Assembly (NCBI GenBank): GCA_016873215.1
Contig: VGXU01000030.1
Span: 1-24,000, forward strand
Length of the DNA: 24,000 nucleotides
Direction of reading: 5' to 3'
From: Planctomycetota bacterium
Lineage (GTDB): Bacteria > Planctomycetota > Phycisphaerae > Sedimentisphaerales > Anaerohalosphaeraceae
Shown: positions 22,497 through 24,000 of the stretch, piece after piece
How positions within the stretch are numbered: position 1 is the stretch's first letter
Layout: each line of letters starts with the position of its first letter
The notes under the pieces: generated by a model
The model's input: the letters and a program-made list of their open reading frames with translations, nothing else
The model's database searches: none
What the model was told of the DNA's origin: nothing
Program-made: the position numbers and the translations under genes

Positions 22497-23782
22497 CGAT
22501 AGGTTTCTTTCATGAAGAAAGTACATCCCAGTGAGATCAGGGAGCTGATAAACAGAATCAGCAGGACCGCAGAGTATGCTTTTATTGGATAGCCGCCGGA
22601 GGCCGTCTTTCCCACTGTATCCAGGACCCAGCCCAACAGCCACTGAAAGACAGCGCCTCCAAAAAAGGGAAAAAAGTTAACCGTCCCGACGGAGGTACCT
22701 GCAATCTCTATAGGAAAAAGTTCCTTGGTCGTGGTAAAAGCCATGATAACAATTGATGATGAACATACCGAAAACATAAAAAACCAGACATACAGAATCC
22801 AAAGCGGCAGGTTCGCCGGGAACAGATAGAGAAACAAAAACAGTACGGCCAGTAAAGACGTACACAGCATAAAGGTCTTCTTTCGGCTTTTGAGAACCTT
22901 CTCCGACAGCAATCCCAGTAACGGACTGCCGATAATCATCCCCCATGCCAGCATACTCAGTATCACCCCGACCTGCCCTTTGCTCATCCCGTATGAATGC
23001 GCCAGGTAGGGTCCGCTCCACAAGCCCCCGAAGCCGAAGAAAATCCCGCAATCAAAGAAAAACCATATCGCAACCGGCCAGAAATATCTCTCCGAGATAA
23101 CCCGCTTTGCCCCACTCCAAAGACCGATTGAGTTGGACTGATTCTCGGATTTGTCCCGTCCATACTCAATCTGGGCAATCGACGGCCATCCTTTGTCGGC
23201 GGGCCGATCCCGGACCCACAGCCAGGCCAGCACAATCATCAGCAGCGTGCATCCACCGATGATTCCAAATGAAAATCGCCATCCGGCCCAGGTCGCCAGC
23301 ATTCCAAGGATCCATGTGCCTGCAAGAATACCGACGCCGCCCAGGCCGTTGAGCAATCCGGCCATCAAGGCAAATTCGCTGTGCTTAAACCACTGCGACA
23401 GGATTTTCATCGTGGGAATAAATACCAGTGAGGCGCCCAGCCCCACCATGATACGCGCGGCAAAAGCCGTTTTGATCCCGGGCGCCATGCCGAACAGGAC
23501 GCTGCCGACGGCGGCAAGCAAAAGCGAATACGTCACGGTTTTTCGCGGACCGACCGAATCAGAAAGAAGCCCCGCGGGGAACTGCATGGCGGCGTAGCAA
23601 TAAAAGTAAATCGACCCCAGCAGGCCCAGCACACTGCCGGTTGTCTTGAAGTCTTTGGTGATATCCGCGGCCACAACCGACATGGAAACACGGTGGAAAT
23701 AGACAAGAATATACCCAAAGGCAAGAATCCCAAAAATAACCCACCGATAAGACAGCACCTTTTGAATCAGCTTTTCTTCCAT
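22490..23782 (-). CDS. MFS transporter (12-TM type), substrate unknown
   Basis: 430 aa of alternating hydrophobic helices. MFS loop 2-3 motif GLLSDSVGPRKT. Central cytoplasmic loop RDRPADKGWPSIAQIEYGRDKSENQ. Confidence 0.85.
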   Translation of the reverse strand: MEEKLIQKVLSYRWVIFGILAFGYILVYFHRVSMSVVAADITKDFKTTGSVLGLLGSIYFYCYAAMQFPAGLLSDSVGPRKTVTYSLLLAAVGSVLFGMAPGIKTAFAARIMVGLGASLVFIPTMKILSQWFKHSEFALMAGLLNGLGGVGILAGTWILGMLATWAGWRFSFGIIGGCTLLMIVLAWLWVRDRPADKGWPSIAQIEYGRDKSENQSNSIGLWSGAKRVISERYFWPVAIWFFFDCGIFFGFGGLWSGPYLAHSYGMSKGQVGVILSMLAWGMIIGSPLLGLLSEKVLKSRKKTFMLCTSLLAVLFLFLYLFPANLPLWILYVWFFMFSVCSSSIVIMAFTTTKELFPIEIAGTSVGTVNFFPFFGGAVFQWLLGWVLDTVGKTASGGYPIKAYSAVLLILFISSLISLGCTFFMKETYRL

Positions 23783-23866
23783 CTTTTTGTCTGCTTATCT
23801 AATGCGCCGTCTAAATCAACCCGATGCGGCCGAAGAAATCCTTTGCGGAAAATCCATTTGGTTATT

Positions 23867-23998
23867 TTACAATGCGTACAATTCTTCGTCAGACAGCACT
23901 CGGAAGCCGTTCTCGGAAATCAGTTTGGCAACATCGACACCATTGACGTTCTGGACTTCCAGAAAACAAACGCCCTGCTTGTCGCCGGTTGATACAAA
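23867..23998 (-). CDS. 3' end (43 codons) of a gene continuing beyond the window; ACT-domain-like C-terminus
   Basis: Hand translation of the minus strand gives ...FVSTGDKQGVCFLEVQNVNGVDVAKLISENGFRVLSDEELYAL*. It resembles the tail of tandem-ACT proteins (..vlifrvdd.ekA.evL.e.G..vls.eely). Below the length cutoff of the ORF track. Confidence 0.4.
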   Translation of the reverse strand, partial: FVSTGDKQGVCFLEVQNVNGVDVAKLISENGFRVLSDEELYAL

Positions 23999-24000
23999 GC

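Noticed and set aside
1-24000. Whole-window scan for CRISPR arrays, long direct or inverted repeats, integrase/recombinase genes, toxin-antitoxin pairs and known defence-system signatures
   Set aside because: None seen by eye. The only repeats are the short tandem units reported above, and the only mobile-element trace is the IS630-like remnant. A computational self-dot-plot and HMM scan (for example DefenseFinder/PADLOC) would be needed to exclude subtle cases.

Overview
This 24-kb chromosomal window is mostly recognisable housekeeping and efflux genes. I found no CRISPR array, no intact mobile element and no recognisable defence or toxin module. Layout: (i) 1-4140, + strand. A G+C-rich orphan gene (251-721) sits behind a near-consensus sigma-28 promoter, followed by a doubtful minus-strand ORF (833-1177). 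Next is a flagellar-regulatory block: a minimal MerR-type HTH (1309-1584), a divergent FlgB-like protein (1615-2043), flhG (2185-3033) and fliA (3182-3964). It ends in a repeat-rich 3' UTR and a bidirectional terminator (4115-4138). (ii) 4191-9033, - strand. A short dcw cluster runs mraZ, 69-aa orphan, rsmH, LysM membrane protein, ftsL, ftsI. An extended -10 promoter and phased GTGG repeats lie upstream of mraZ. (iii) 9485-14595, + strand. A tripartite ABC efflux operon: HlyD/MacA-type adaptor, MacB-type ATPase, FtsX/MacB-type permease, TolC-like lipoprotein. (iv) 14605-21416, - strand, convergent with (iii) with only 9 bp between stop codons. A Cus-like heavy-metal RND operon: TolC-like OMP, CusB-like adaptor with two Cys-rich metal-binding modules, YHS-domain lipoprotein, enlarged CusA-like pump. 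(v) 21440-24000. A low-G+C orphan ORF, tRNA-Phe(GAA), a C-terminal IS630-like transposase remnant, an MFS transporter and the 3' end of an ACT-like gene. The gene content (short dcw cluster ending at ftsI, flhG-fliA without flhF, many lipoproteins) is reminiscent of a PVC/Planctomycetota-type genome; that is only an inference. I cannot demonstrate a new system here. The best candidates for undescribed biology are: the sigma-28-driven orphan gene; the MerR-like plus degenerate FlgB-like pair heading flhG-fliA; the two non-canonical genes inside the dcw operon; and the YHS lipoprotein occupying the CusF position. All family calls rest on motifs read by eye and compared with remembered family signatures. 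No database search was run.
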